A DNA stretch of 54,896 nt, counting the filler, from Jimgerdemannia flammicorona (taxonomy: Eukaryota), in assembly GCA_003990765.1 (NCBI GenBank). It is 3 parts of 3 records of this genome, joined end to end, with 100 filler letters (N's around TTAATTAATTAA, not from the genome) between each part and the next. Parts side by side here need not be neighbours in the genome. Positions count along the whole stretch, not along the records: positions 1 to 18,235 come from RBNJ01002254.1; 2 more parts are not named here. One strand, written 5' to 3'. How positions within the stretch are numbered: the stretch's first letter is position 1; every line of letters starts with the position of its first letter. Below the pieces are notes generated by a model. The model was not told the DNA's origin, made no database searches, and saw nothing but the letters and a program-made list of their open reading frames with translations. Made by a program: the position numbers and the translations under genes. Positions 1 through 13,200 of the stretch are shown here, piece after piece.

Positions 1-251
1 AATTTCGTCAAATGGAACGTTTTCCTTAATATCTCGGCAACACGTAATCCGATTTTAATGTTATTGGTATCATTAGAAAGGCCTTATTAAGGGCTTTCAA
101 ATGACACCAAGATCATCAAATTTGGATGATTATTCATTAAGTTATTGATGTAAACATTTAATTGTCTAATTTGGAAATCAAAACAATGGTTGATTCGAAT
201 CCGATTCGAATCCATCCGAATCCCATCCGGATTGACTCGTTCGGAGCACTA
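1..251. mobile_element. Right end of a non-autonomous hAT-like DNA element (MITE) with an internal imperfect palindrome
   Basis: Ends ...GTTCGGAGCACTA at 251, the unmutated form of the TAGTACTC/GAGTACTA termini at 34783/35095 and 35591. Subterminal GAATC/CGAAT repeats at 190-235 and an imperfect hairpin at about 49-125. CpGs are retained. The left end lies outside the window. Confidence 0.55.
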
Positions 252-996
252 GTATTATATTTGAATTATAGTTTTTATGCATGGTTATATCTATTGGATT
301 TTGAAAATAAAATATCATTTGTTAAATAATGTGAATATAAAGCTAATTTACATTAAATTCACTATAGAATCAAAATTACAGTACCATTAGAAATATCTTG
401 AAAAGAAAACAAGGAGAGAAAATTATTCTGTAAGAATATTTGGATAAAGAGAGAATTATCTATAAAATTTACTAATAAATATATTCAGTTCTAAGATTGT
501 ATTCCTTTATGTTTTTAATATACTATATAGAAGAAATTTTATAAAACTAAGTTAACTGAACATAAAACTATATATAGTAAATGATATAATTATGAGAAAG
601 TACTCCAATTTTTAGAAGTTAGATGTAGTTGTGGTTGCTCTTCCAAAGTTTCCAAGAAAGTATTTACTGAGATACATAAGGTATTTCAAGCTCTTTTCAA
701 GCCTGAATAAGATATCTTTTTGATGATATAACTCAAGGCTATAGATGGTAGATCTATAAGCACTAGTTATTATCTTAAGAAGAAAGCTTGTACTAATAAA
801 AGAACTTTATATTACTGAGATTGCAATATATCTCTTTACTAAAAAAAACCTATTTAAATATATTGGAAATTGATTGTATTCATTTTGAAAATATATGAGA
901 TTATTTACTAAAAAATAGTCTTTTATTATAGCTCTATGACAATACCAAAAGAATGTCTCAGTAAAAAACTAAAATGGTAATTGACCAGAACATTAC

Positions 997-3046
997 TGTA
1001 AGAGGGTTACTTATTATAGTAACTGTTATATAGTTCTGAAAGGGTTTTTTAGAAGTTCTGGATGTTCTGGAAGACTGTTTTCTTAAGATCAAGATCAATT
1101 TCATATAGAGTACATTCTCTATGCTTATTGATTTCAAGATTAGGTTGATGTCTCAACCAAAGTCCTTATTTGGACTAGTTCTGGATATTCAGGATTTTCT
1201 ATATTTCGGGAAGTTCAAGAAACTAAGACCAGCTTAGTTGAAGAATCAGCATATCACTGCAGATAATACCCAATTAGAAAACTTCATGATGGGGTTAGGA
1301 GTGGGACCTAACAAGGAGCAGATTTACTTAAGAGTAGTTTGTGAGTTATTAAATAGATTTATTTGCTATTCATGATATTACTATACTAGGAGTAGTTGTA
1401 TGAAGAGGTATTGTGGGGAAGTATTCAGAAGTTATATTCAGATTGTTCAAGTCTTTAAGTCTGAGATTCTGAGGTCTGGGAGAGAGGGTATTTATACTAG
1501 TGAGGGGCTATCTGGACTATACTGAATATGAATATAGCACTTTAGTGCCTTACTGAGTCAGAATACAGTTATATAATATAAGTGTAATCTAACATATCAA
1601 GAGATTATCTGACTACTGAGTCAGTTCATAGTCATATCATATAAGGCTAATCTAACTATACTATGACTACTAAGCTATTTATAGATTTAGATACTGTCTG
1701 GGTAGTCTTTGATGATATTACTATCAATGACATCATCTCTGATAAAGTAGTCATCCATAAAGAGTACTTCTTGGATTACTTCTCCTTATTTACTCATATA
1801 GTAATATATTGGGACTTTGTCACCATCTTACAGGATAGCATCATCTATCTTATATACTGGGTAAGGTGTTGGTGGACAAAGGAGGGGTGTATTGTCTTCA
1901 CTTTCATCAAATTCACTATCTGCATACCTTCTATAAGTTATGGTACTATGAGTTGCTAAGTTGTAGTAAGCTGGTGGCTGTGATTCATGTTGCTCATACT
2001 TGAGTGGCAGAGTTGTTGGTTCAATCTCGAGAGTTGTCTAGAGGTACAGGTTATGTTCTTCAGTCTCTTCATTATAGTTGAAGTAATCAGAAGTGAATGC
2101 AAGTTAGTACTCATGCCAGTGGTCATTGTCCCAATAGGTCTCATAGATGGTTATGAACTGTTATAAGTTCATTGGTAAGATTGGCAGAGTGATCAGAGTT
2201 GGTAGAGATCCTTGGCTCAAGGTCATATTAGTATCAGAGGGATCATTGTCTTCTGCTTCATCTTCATTAAACTGGATTATATCAGAGATGTCCTTTATAG
2301 CATATCCGATCTGAGGTATTTGCAGAATATGGTCATTGGGGTGCGGAAAGGTTCTGTCTGTGGTTCAAATGTACTCAATATACTTGTAGTTGAGTTCTTA
2401 TATCATATCATTGATTTTGGCCATAGGACAGAGTAGCAATCATTTCAGCAGTAGTAACTTAGAGGTAGGGAATGAAGGTGCTCTATTTGTAGAAGAGCTC
2501 TTGATGTTTGCAGGCAATAAGTTTCTGGTATTGAGACATCTGGATAATGTCTATATCATAGTAGTGTTTGACCATGTCTTCTAGGAGGCAGCCAATCTAG
2601 TAGTAGCTTGAAATTTGTCTGATTTGGTAGGCCTTGCTAAGTATGTTCAGAGTATTCTATCAGGCTTCCACAAAGTAGAGAGGTGCTAGACTATGGATAT
2701 TCATAAGGGGGGGTATGGCTTGGTTGACAATGGTATTCTAAATATCAGTGCAGATATAGTTGTAGATCTCAGTAGTCATGTTTGTATATATGTTTAGGAG
2801 TTGGAGTTATTTGTTTGGTTTGTTTTAGTTCTTCTGTTTCAATGTGTCTCAGTGCTCAGTATATATACATTTGGTCCTGGTTGGTAAGATTCTGTTTGTA
2901 TAAATCTTGTATTTCATAACTTCATATTGACTCAGCTTTGTGTACTGTAACTTCAGTTTAACTCAGCTTCATGATCTTGCAGGTAATTTCCAGATTTGTT
3001 CAGAGGTTGTATATGATTTCAGTGGCTTGGGAGTTATGTGCTTATA
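997..3046 (-). repeat. 3' LTR of copy A (about 2.05 kb)
   Basis: On the minus strand it starts TATAAG (G>A form of TGTAAG) just after the polypurine tract and ends CTCTTACA at 997. Homologous to 8221-10238 and 43127-45159. Confidence 0.92.
1687..2779 (-). pseudogene. Degraded copy of the LTR-encoded ORF
   Basis: Colinear with 43383-44480 (ATG at 2779, TAA at 1687-1689). It has transition-derived stops and a net 5-bp deletion near 2706. Confidence 0.85.
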
Positions 3047-3047
3047 A

Positions 3048-3060
3048 CTCTCCACTTCTT
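3048..3060 (-). other. Polypurine tract of copy A
   Basis: Minus strand AAGAAGTGGAGAG lies immediately before the LTR and matches the copy C PPT AAGAAGGGGAGAG. Confidence 0.8.
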
Positions 3061-3479
3061 AGCTTTCAACATCCTTGTCAGGGCCTTCTAATTTTGTTCT
3101 AGTGTCATTACACTATTTGGATGATCAAAAGTCTGATAAAGTTCATTTTCCTCAAAAAGTAGCACCTTATAGTATAGTTGCCTAATGTGTTAGATTCATA
3201 TATTAAAGAGTCATATATTCAATACCATATGCTGGAAGTAGTTCTGATATCATTCACTATTGAAAAATTTCCTCTAAGGAATCTTCTTAAATATCTATGC
3301 CTTGTTTCCCACCAGTAGTATAGGAAGAATAGGCTGGCTTTCAGTTTTGCTATTTTTTCAGAGGGTTGGTATTCTTTTGTCTTGACTTGCTGAGTTTTTT
3401 TTGATTTTGTTTATGATAATTATAATATTCAGGAGAGATAATATATAGTATATACTGATAGGTGCAGGAGTGTTTGGTT

Positions 3480-6400
3480 TTAGTTGTTCAAGGAATCATA
3501 TTCCTAAACTAAGTTGGTGGTATTCTGGAGATTGGTTCTGGGTTCTCATATTACATCATATGTAGATCAGATAACCTTTCCATTTGACAAGGTACTTGTG
3601 ATGGTTCTTGTAGCTATATTTGTTAAGGATTTACTCAACTTCATATTCTTCTTGATTATTAATAATGACAGGTGTAGGTGGTTCTGTAGTTCAGTTTGAG
3701 AATAGCTCATTATTGTTTTCATTGTATTGCTTGAGACATTGGACATTGAAGACTGGGTGAATCTTAATGGTGTTTGGTAGTGCCAATTTGTAGGAGGTTG
3801 GAGAAACTTGTATAATAACTTTAAATGATCTAATAAATTTGCTGTTTAGCTTGGTAGATGGTCTGTACTTGAGGTTATCAACTCACTATCCTCAGATGTC
3901 CAGTAGAACCTTTTCTCTGATATTGAAAGTTTCTTCTCAGTGGTATTGGTTAATATACTGTAATGTTGTTCTTGGGCTCATAATAAGTTCTCAATTGCAA
4001 TCTGGCTTAAGTTGTGCATTCAGAGTAGAAATTCTTCAACAGCTTCGACTGTAGAGAGTTCATCAGTAGTCTGGATAAGTGTCAGAGAGGTGTTTGAGTT
4101 TTGTCCAGTATCGGCAAAGAATAGAGTTATTCCAAGAGAGGCTTGTTTTCTGTTGTTATAGACAAACTTTACTATAGTGAGATGTTCATACCAATTATCT
4201 TATCTGTAGGAAATATAGTTCCTTAGTATTTGTTCCAGAGTTCAGTTCATTCTTTCAGTTTGGCTATCAGTTTCAGGGTGAAAGGCTATAGATAGTACAA
4301 GTTTTGTCCCAAGGTATACATGGAGGGCTTTCCAAAAGTGGCTGGTGAATTTTGGATCTCAGTCACTAACAATGATCTTAGGAAGACCATAATAGCAGAA
4401 GATATTGTTAAACAAAAGTATAGCTATGTCTGGTGCTATTACAGTAGTAGTAGTTGGCACAAAGTGGGCTTATTTGCTGAGATAGTCCATGAAGACAATA
4501 ATTGTATCTTTTTCATTCTTGGTTCAGGGTAGTTGTACAATGAAGTCTATAAAGATTTATTCCCAATTAGTGAATAGTACTGGGATGGGGTGGAGTAGGC
4601 CAGGTTTTGCTAATATTGAGGACTTATTGCATTAGCAGCCATCACAGAAAGTGATATAGGTCTTTAGCTAATCTGCTATATAGGGCCAATAGAAGTTTCA
4701 GAAGATAACTTCATAGTATTTATCAAATTCTAAATATCCAGCTATAGGGGCATCATGACATTTGAATAGGATAGTCCTTCAGAGGTCTTGGTTGTTTGGA
4801 ACATACAATCTGTCCTTATAGTAGATAGTATTATCCTTCAGTTGGTATTGATGATACTGGGTATGCTTATCAGTATCATCACTGCTCAGGATTTCTTAGA
4901 GTACTTAAGCTTCCTTATCATCAGCACATACTGTGATAATTTATTCTATAATAGAGTTTATGACTAAGGTGAGAGTTTGGATGACTTCTTTGATTGGTGA
5001 TCTGGAGATTGTATTAGCAACAATATTTTTCTTACCTAGTCAATATTGAATTTTGTAGTCAAAGTTGGTGAGAACTTTCATCCATCTGGCTTACTTTCAA
5101 GAAAGAGTAGCCTGAGTCTTGATGTTGAATAATGACTTGTGGTCAGTCAATACAGTGAAGTGTACTCCTTCTAGGTATGGTCACTATTTGATCAGAGTAT
5201 CTATAATGACTAACATTTCTTTCTTATGAGTTATATAGTTGATTTTGATATCATTGAACTTATGGGAATGATAGGCCACAGGGTGTCCTTCTTGCATAAG
5301 TACTGCTCCAAGAGCTAGGTCAGAGGCACCAGTAGTAACTTCATATAGTAGGACAGAGTTTGCCACTTGAAGTACTGAAGTAGTTATCAAGATATCTTTC
5401 AGTGCTTAAAAGGCTGCATCTTGTTCAGGTTCCCAATTTATAAGATTGTTGAAGTCTTTTCTTATTTCATAGTCCAGAGCTGTTCTTCTGTCTTGCTATG
5501 CTTGGTCATTTGAGTAAGGGTGATTGCAATTTTGGTAAAGTTTGCAATAAATCGTCAGTAGTAGTTTACTAATCCCAGGAATAACTGGAGGTCTTTCAGC
5601 TTCTTCAGTCTGGGCCAATCTTTGATTGTAGAGATTTTGCTGTAGTCCACTTTGATTCTATTTAGTGTAATAATATGTCCAAGGAATTGAATTTCTTTCA
5701 GGAGAAATTTGCATTTGCTGAGTTTTGCAAAGAGTCAGTTTTCTCAGAGTTTCAGTAGTACTAGTTCAAGGTGTTCAAGATGTTCCTCTAGGGTTTTGCT
5801 GAAGGCTAGGATATCAACAATGTAGACAACAACAAATTTGTCCAAGAATGGGTGCAGAATAGTATTCATCAGGGTCTGGAAGGTTGCTGGAGTATTAGTT
5901 AAGCTGAAAGGTATAACCAGAAACTCAAAGTGTCTATAGCAAGTTTAGAAGGCTGTCTTGTAGATGTCTTCTTCTTTTATGGCAATTTGTTAGTAACTAT
6001 TTTACAGATCAAAAGAGCTTATGAATTGTGGGTTGGTAAGTCTATCAAATATTTCATTGATTCTGAGTAGTGGGTAACAGTTCTTGATGATCTGTTCATT
6101 GAGGTCATAGTAATCAATGCACATTCATAGGTCTCTTCCTTTCTTCACAACAAAGAGGACTGGTATACCATAGGGTGATATACTGGGTCTAATAAATCCT
6201 TATTCTAGGAGTTTATTAATTTCTTTCTTGAGTGCATCAATTTCTCTCAGAGATATGTGGTAGATTGACTTGAAGGCTGGCTTAGCATATGGGATGGTCT
6301 TGATGGCATAGTCTACTGCTTGTTTAGATGGTAGGCCTTTTGAAAGTTTCTTTGAGAATATGTCTTGGAATTTCTAGAGTAGGGGTCTGATATGGCTGTC

Positions 6401-8220
6401 AACTTTGGAAAAGTCTTCTTCAGAGTTCTCAGGTTCTTCTTTGGATGGGTGGATGGAGATGGCAAAGAGAGGGTATTTCTTGGCTAATTTCTTGAGTTGT
6501 AGCTTATTAATATAGATAATCTTTGGTCCAGGGTTATTGGAACTAAGTGGGTCCTTTTTACCTTATAGTTTGAAGTTGTGGCATCCTTTTTTGATAGTCA
6601 GAGAATGGTTTATCCAATTGATCATGAGGTTCTCTTATTTTAATCATAAGGTCCTAAGGATGATTTTATTATCAGGAAGTAGTATAATTTGAAGGATAAC
6701 ATATACTTGGTAGTCACTGATTTGAAAGGGCAGATTGTAGACTTCCTTGCTAATAACATGTGAGGTTCCATCAGCTGTGGCAACTACTTGAGTTTGTTGT
6801 ACTGGAGATGTCAGAACCTTGAGTCTGTTGGCTATTTTTTCATTGATGAAGTTGCCTGAGGCACTACTGTCTATCATAATCTTAACAGGTGCTCAGTTGA
6901 CAAAAGCTTGAAGTGTAAGCAGTTTGTCTGATCCAATGGTAGTAATTTCAGTTGTAGAAACTTTCCTTCTGTTGGTTCTTCTTTGAGCTAGTTCATTGAT
7001 ACAAGAGAAGCAATTGTCAATTATTCGAGAAGAATATATTCCAATACCATGGGGATATTGGCCACTTGGTACATATCTGTCTTTGATTTTCTTATAGAAT
7101 TGTTCTTTCTTATTTATGGTAGATAGGGCTGGGGCCTTGTTTGATGAGCCAAATCCTTTAGATCCTTGGATGGTAGATAGTAGTTCAGAGACTTCCTTGA
7201 TTGTCAGAGTTAACTTGATTTTTTCAAATAGGATCTAAGTAATGCAAAAACCAATAAAGATCTTGAAGGGTATCCAACTATGGTTTCAGATAAGAACAAT
7301 AATTTCACCTGTATAATCTTTGTTAATGACTCCTTCTTCTACTGAGAGTCCTTTCAGTGCTAGGCTGCTGTGACAGCATATTCTTCCAACATGTCCTTCA
7401 GAGATTTGGATACTGATTCTTGTATAGATTTGCTTGACTTCTCAGTTGGAAACTGTAGCTTCTTTGGCTATATATAGGTCATGTCCAGCTGCCTTTTGAC
7501 TTCCTTTAGTTGGGGCCTTGGCAGTTTGCCTTAACTTGACAAAGTCTAGTATTCTGGTAGTCAGATTATTGAGGTGGTGTAGAGTAGTAACAGTTGCTCA
7601 TATTGCTGTTTGGAGTTTTTGGTTAGAGCAGGTACTAGCCATATATCCTGTCTTTCGGCAATAGAAGTATACCCCACTTCTTCAAAGTTCATTTCTTTCT
7701 CCTTCAGTGAGTTTCTTAAAGATACTCAGCTGGGTGGGTTTATGATTTCTAGGTGTCCATGAGGTGGATGTAGAGGGAGCTTGGGATGCTTCATACTTGG
7801 GTTCTTCTTTCTTGGTTCAAGTCTTTTTCTTGTTGTTAAATTATCTTCAAGGCAGAATTGGTCTAGCTGTTAGAATTCACTTGACTATAGTCTTGATTCT
7901 TACCAGGTATTATTGTTGGTGATTACAATCAACTGGGCAGCCTTGTTCTCAGATTTTTCTTATAAGTCATTTGAGTAGTGCATCAAATAAATGGTCTGCT
8001 CTTGTACCATTTCATGCTTTATCATTGGCAATGTATTCTAGGCTAACAGTATTCAGAAGTGACTCGAGTTTTGTACAGAAGGTTTCAAATTCCTCCTTAC
8101 CATATATATCGAATTTGAGATTGTAGAGTTTAACTTGAGATTTGGCAATCATGGTTTCACTGCAGTATTGAGAAATTATAAGTTATTTGAGTCCAGGGGC
8201 TGCAGAATAAGCTCTATATC
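3480..8220 (-). pseudogene. gag(part)-dUTPase-PR-RT-RH-IN-chromodomain pseudogene of copy A
   Basis: Aligns by eye to 37987-42701 and has many in-frame stops caused by C>T/G>A changes. Confidence 0.9.
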
Positions 8221-10238
8221 TATAAGTGCACAACCTCCAAGCCACTGAAATCACACACAACCTCTGAACAAATCTGGAAATTACCTGCAAGATCACAAAG
8301 CTGAGTCAAACTGAAGTCACAGCATACAAAGCTGAGTCAATATAAAGTCACAGAACACAAGATTTACACAAACAGAATCTTACTAATCAGGACCAAATAC
8401 ATATATACTGAGCATTGAGATATGCCAAAATAGAGAACCAAAATAAACAATCCCAACTCCTGAATATATACAAATATGACCACCAAGATCTATAACTATA
8501 TCTGCACTGATATTTGAAATGCTATTATCAACCAAGCCACACCCCCTCTGCCCATCATGAATATCCATAGCTTAGCACCCCTCTACTTTATGGAAGCCTG
8601 ATGGAATACCCTGAATATGCTTAGTGAAGTCTACTGAATCAGATAAATCTCAAGCTACTACCAGATTGGCTGCCTCCTAGAAGATATGGTCAAATACTAT
8701 CATGATACAGACATTACCCAGATGTCTTAATATCAGAAACTCATTGTCCACAAATATTGAGAACTCTTCTATGAGTATAGTACTTTTATTTCCTGTCTCC
8801 AAGTTACTACCACTGAAATAATTACTACTCCATCCTATGGTCAAATCGATGATATGATATAAGAACTCAACCACAAGTACCTTGAATACATTCAGATTAC
8901 AGACAGAACCTTCCTGCATCCTGATGACCATATCCTGCAAATGCCCCAAGTTGGATATGCTATGAAGGATATCTATGATATAATCTGGTTTAACAAAGAT
9001 GAAGCAGAAGATAATGATCCCTCTGATACTGACATGACCTCAAGCCAAGGATCCCTGCTAATCCTGATTATACCACTAACATTGCCAATGAACTTACAAC
9101 AGTTCATAACTACCTATAAAACTTATTGGGACAATGACCACTGGTATAAGTACTAACTCACATTTACTCCTGATTACTTCAACTACAATAAAGAGACTGA
9201 AGAACACAATCTGTATCTTCAGACAACTCTTAAGATTAAACCAACAACTCCACTATTGGAGTATGAGCAATATGAAACACAGCTACTAGCTTACTATAAC
9301 CCAGCAACTCATAGTGCTGTAACTTATAGGAGATACACAGATAGTAAATCTGATGAAAGTGAAGACAATACACCCCTCCTTCACCCACCAATGTCTTATC
9401 CAGCATATGAGACAGATGATGCTATCCTGTGGGATAGTGATGAAGTCCCAATATATTATTACCTCAGTGAATAAGGAGAATTAATCCACAAATAACTGTT
9501 CCTAGATAACTACTTCATTAGAGATAATGCCATCAATGGTGATATCATCAAGGACTACCCAGATAGTATCTAAATCTATAGATAGCTTAGTAGTTATAGT
9601 ATAGTTAGATTAGCCTTATATGACCTGACTGTGAACTGACTCAGTAGTCAGATGATCCCTTGACATGCCAGATCACACTTGTACTATGTAACTGCATTCT
9701 GACTTAGCAAGGCACTAAGTGCTATATCTATATTTAGCATAGTTCAGATAGCCCCTTACTAGTATAAATACCTCCTCCCCCAGACCTCAGAATCTCAGAC
9801 TCAAATATACAAGAATATTCCTGAGTATTTCCCCATAATATCCCTTCACATAACTACTCATAGTATAGCAATAATATGAATAGCAAATAAACCTATTAAA
9901 TTACTCTTAAGTAAATCTACTCCCTGTTAGGTCTCACTCCTAACCCTATCATGAAATTTCCTAATTGGGTATTGTCTGCAGCAATATACCAATTCAACTA
10001 AACTGGTCTTAGTTTCTTAAACTTTCTGAAATATAGAAAATCCTGAATATCTAGAAATAGTCCAAATAAGGACTTTAGTTGAGATGTCAACCTGATCTTG
10101 AAATCAATAAGTATAGAGAATGTACTCTATATAAAATTGATCTTGACTTTAAGAAAACAGTCTTCTAGAATATTCAGAACTTCTAGAAAACTCTTCCAGA
10201 ACTATATAACAGTTACCCTAACAAGTAACTCTCTTACA
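8221..10238 (+). repeat. 5' LTR of copy B (2018 bp)
   Basis: Starts TATAAGTGCACAACC (copy C: TGTAAGCGCACAACC), ends CTCTTACA, and is followed by a PBS-like sequence and the gag leader. Confidence 0.92.
8476..9573 (+). pseudogene. Degraded copy of the LTR-encoded ORF
   Basis: Exactly 1098 bp from ATG to TAA, the same length as 43383-44480. ORF fragments 8941-9156 and 9256-9474 match the copy C protein. Stops are transition-derived. Confidence 0.9.
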
Positions 10239-10241
10239 ACT

Positions 10242-10253
10242 TGATAGCAGCAG
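10242..10253 (+). other. Putative primer-binding site of copy B
   Basis: TGATAGCAGCAG lies 3 nt after the LTR end and reverts to TGGTAGC..., resembling initiator tRNA-Met PBSs. The tRNA identity is inference. Confidence 0.55.
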
Positions 10254-10276
10254 TTTACAATCCAATTTCACTTCAA

Positions 10277-13200
10277 GATGCTTCCTCACCCTGCTACAAA
10301 CTCTTCTGAGAATTCCTATAAGTTGGTATAAAGCCCAACCTCTGAACTGGAATTTATTCTGAACCATCTGACAATCTGGAGAGAATTGAACTTGATATAT
10401 AAGGACAATTTGACCTCTATATTTGCAACAAGTGGGACAAACTTCATTTGAAGAAAGAAGTATTCCAGTTAAATCAGCAGATAGGTGAAACCCTATACAC
10501 CAAACTCCTTACACTATACCCAGCAAGTCAAGATGAAGAAGGTCTTATAGAAGCCTTCTTTACTCTGCTCAATAAGAGTTTTATTAGCTCCACAAATCCA
10601 AGTGACCTAGGATAACTATCAGCAGTCTTTCTGGCCTTAGTTCCTCACAAAGCCCAAGTCTCTGTAGCCAAGTAGCTCAACTCTACCAACTTTCACCACA
10701 CCAGGACCAAGACTGCATTATACTACCACTTCCAGAATTGCAAGGCCTGCTATATTCTTAAGGAAGAAGCAAGAGAAACTCTCTATCAATGACCTGACCC
10801 CAAACCAGAAGCAGGCCCTGCTATAGCTCTATCTGAACTTGAAGTCAATACTGAACCAGAACTTGACTTTGAATTAAGTCCATCTGAAATCAGATATATA
10901 ACTGATTCTGTCTACTTTAATGCCAAGCAAACCCAACTACATGGGGACCAAGCTGAAGAGGAGGAGGAGTATTTCAGTGAATTCAATCCCAGATATACTA
11001 CTGAAGAAGATATACCTCCATCAGGACAGAATACACCCACATAGCAACAGACAGCTATCTATTGAGCCCTCACTCCAGACCCACAACTATTACTTCAGCA
11101 ACTTATATAGACTCAAAGAACACCCTCACACTCTGCACCAGTACCTCAAGTTGTACCAGTAATACTACTACCAGCAGTCCAATCACCTCTAGTAAACAAT
11201 ATGGCAAATCAACAGATTCTAGACCTCATAGCCTAGCAATAATGGCAGAAATCATTACTGCCTTAGCTGAATAGACCTGACCTACCAAAAATCTGAGCCT
11301 ATCTACCTTCAATGGTACTGTACAAGAAGTCCAAAGCTTCATTAGTATAGTTGATACTAACTTTGAAGCCAATCAATGAACCAATGAGTGAGTTGCTGAC
11401 TGTCTTCTAATAAACAATCAAGACCACACTCTCAAACAACTCTTTGCTACTACTACAGCCTATGCTTGTTGAGTTGTTATATTCTTCCAAGGACCCACTG
11501 AAGAATAGTAGTGAACCCTTCCTGAAAAACCCCTCACATAGGACACCCGACCTGCAGTAGTTGCCCAAAATGCAGTAAATAATACCCCAGAATATGGAGC
11601 CCATCCTGCAGCCTTTGGACTGAAACAACTCATGATTGCTCAATACTACAGTGAAACCATGATTGCTCAATACTATAGTGAAACCATGATTGCTGAATCT
11701 TGAGTAAAACTCCACAACCTCAAATTTGATGTACATGGTAAGAAAGAATTTGAAACCTTCTGTACAAAACTTGAGTCACTCCTGAACACTGTTGGCCTAG
11801 GATATATTGCCAATGATGAAGCATGAAATGGTACCAGAGCAGACCATCTATTTAATGTACTATCTGAATGACTTATAAGAAAAATCTGAGAACAAAGATA
11901 CCTGGTTGGTTGTGATTACCAATAATGGTGCCTGATAAGAATCAAGACTATGGTCAAGTGAATCCTAACAGCTGGACCAATTCTGCCTCAAAGACAATTC
12001 AATAATAAGAAAAAGACTTAGATCAAGAAAGAAGAACCCAAGCATGAAGCATCCTGAGCTCCCTCTACATCCACCTCTTGGACACTCTGAAATCATGAAC
12101 CCACCTAGCTGAGTACCTTCAAGAAACTCACTGAAGGAGAAAGAAATAAACTTTGAAGAAGTGGAGCATGCTTCTATTGCCAAAAGACAGGACATATGGC
12201 CAGTGTCTGCCCTAATTGCAAACCCTGAACAGCAACACAAGCAACTGTTACTACTCTGTACCACTTCAATAACCTGACTACCAGAACACTGGACTTTGTC
12301 AAGTTAAGGCAAACTGCCAAGGCCCCAACCAAAGGAAGTCAAAAAGCAGCTAGATATGATCTATATGCAGCTGAAGAAGCTACAGTTTCCAACCAAGAAG
12401 TCAAGCAAGTCTATACAGGAATCAGTATCCAAATCTCTGAAGGATATGTTGAAAGAATATGCTATCGCAGCAGCCTAGTATTGAAAGAACTCTCAGTAGA
12501 AGAAGGAGTTATTGATAAAGATTACACAGGTGAAATTATTGTCCTCATCTGAAACCATAGTTGAATACTCTTCAAGATCTCCATTGATTTCTGTATTACC
12601 TAGATCCTATTTAAAAAAATTGAGTCAACCCTGATAGTCAAGGAAGTCCCTGAACTACTACCCACTATCTGAGGATCCAAAGGATTTGGCTCATCAAACA
12701 AGGCCCCAGTCCAACCTACTATGAGCAAAGAAGAATAATTCTACAAGAAAATTGAAGATGGATATATACCAAGTAGCTGATGCCCCCATGGTATTGGAAT
12801 GTACTCTTCCTGAATAATTGATGATTGCTTCTCTTGTGTCAATGAACTGGCTTAAAAGAGAACCAATAGAAGGAAAGCTCCTACAACTGAAATCACCACC
12901 ATTGGATCAGACAAACTACTTACACTTTAAGCTTTTGTCAACCAAGTACCTGTCAAGATTATGATAGACAGTAGTGCCTCAGGCAACTTCATCAATGAAG
13001 AAACAGTGAATAGACTCAAGGTCCTGACATCTCTGGTATAACAAACTCAAGCAGTTGTTACAGCTGATAGAACCTCTCATGTTATTAGTAAGAAAATCTG
13101 CAACCTGCCCTTCTGAATTGGTGACTACTGAGTACATATTACCCTTCAGATCATACCACTTCCTGACAATGAAATCATCCTTGGAACCCCATGGTTAAAA

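Larger units (their letters stand above)
997..8220 (-). mobile_element. Ty3/Gypsy chromodomain LTR retrotransposon, copy A (5'-truncated within gag, hypermutated)
   Basis: The reverse complement is colinear with copy C from mid-gag (about 37987) to the LTR end. Remnant ORFs include [24 protein letters not shown] RNase H (5184-5390) and a protease (6644-6877). Cut at 8220 by the LTR of copy B. Confidence 0.95.
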
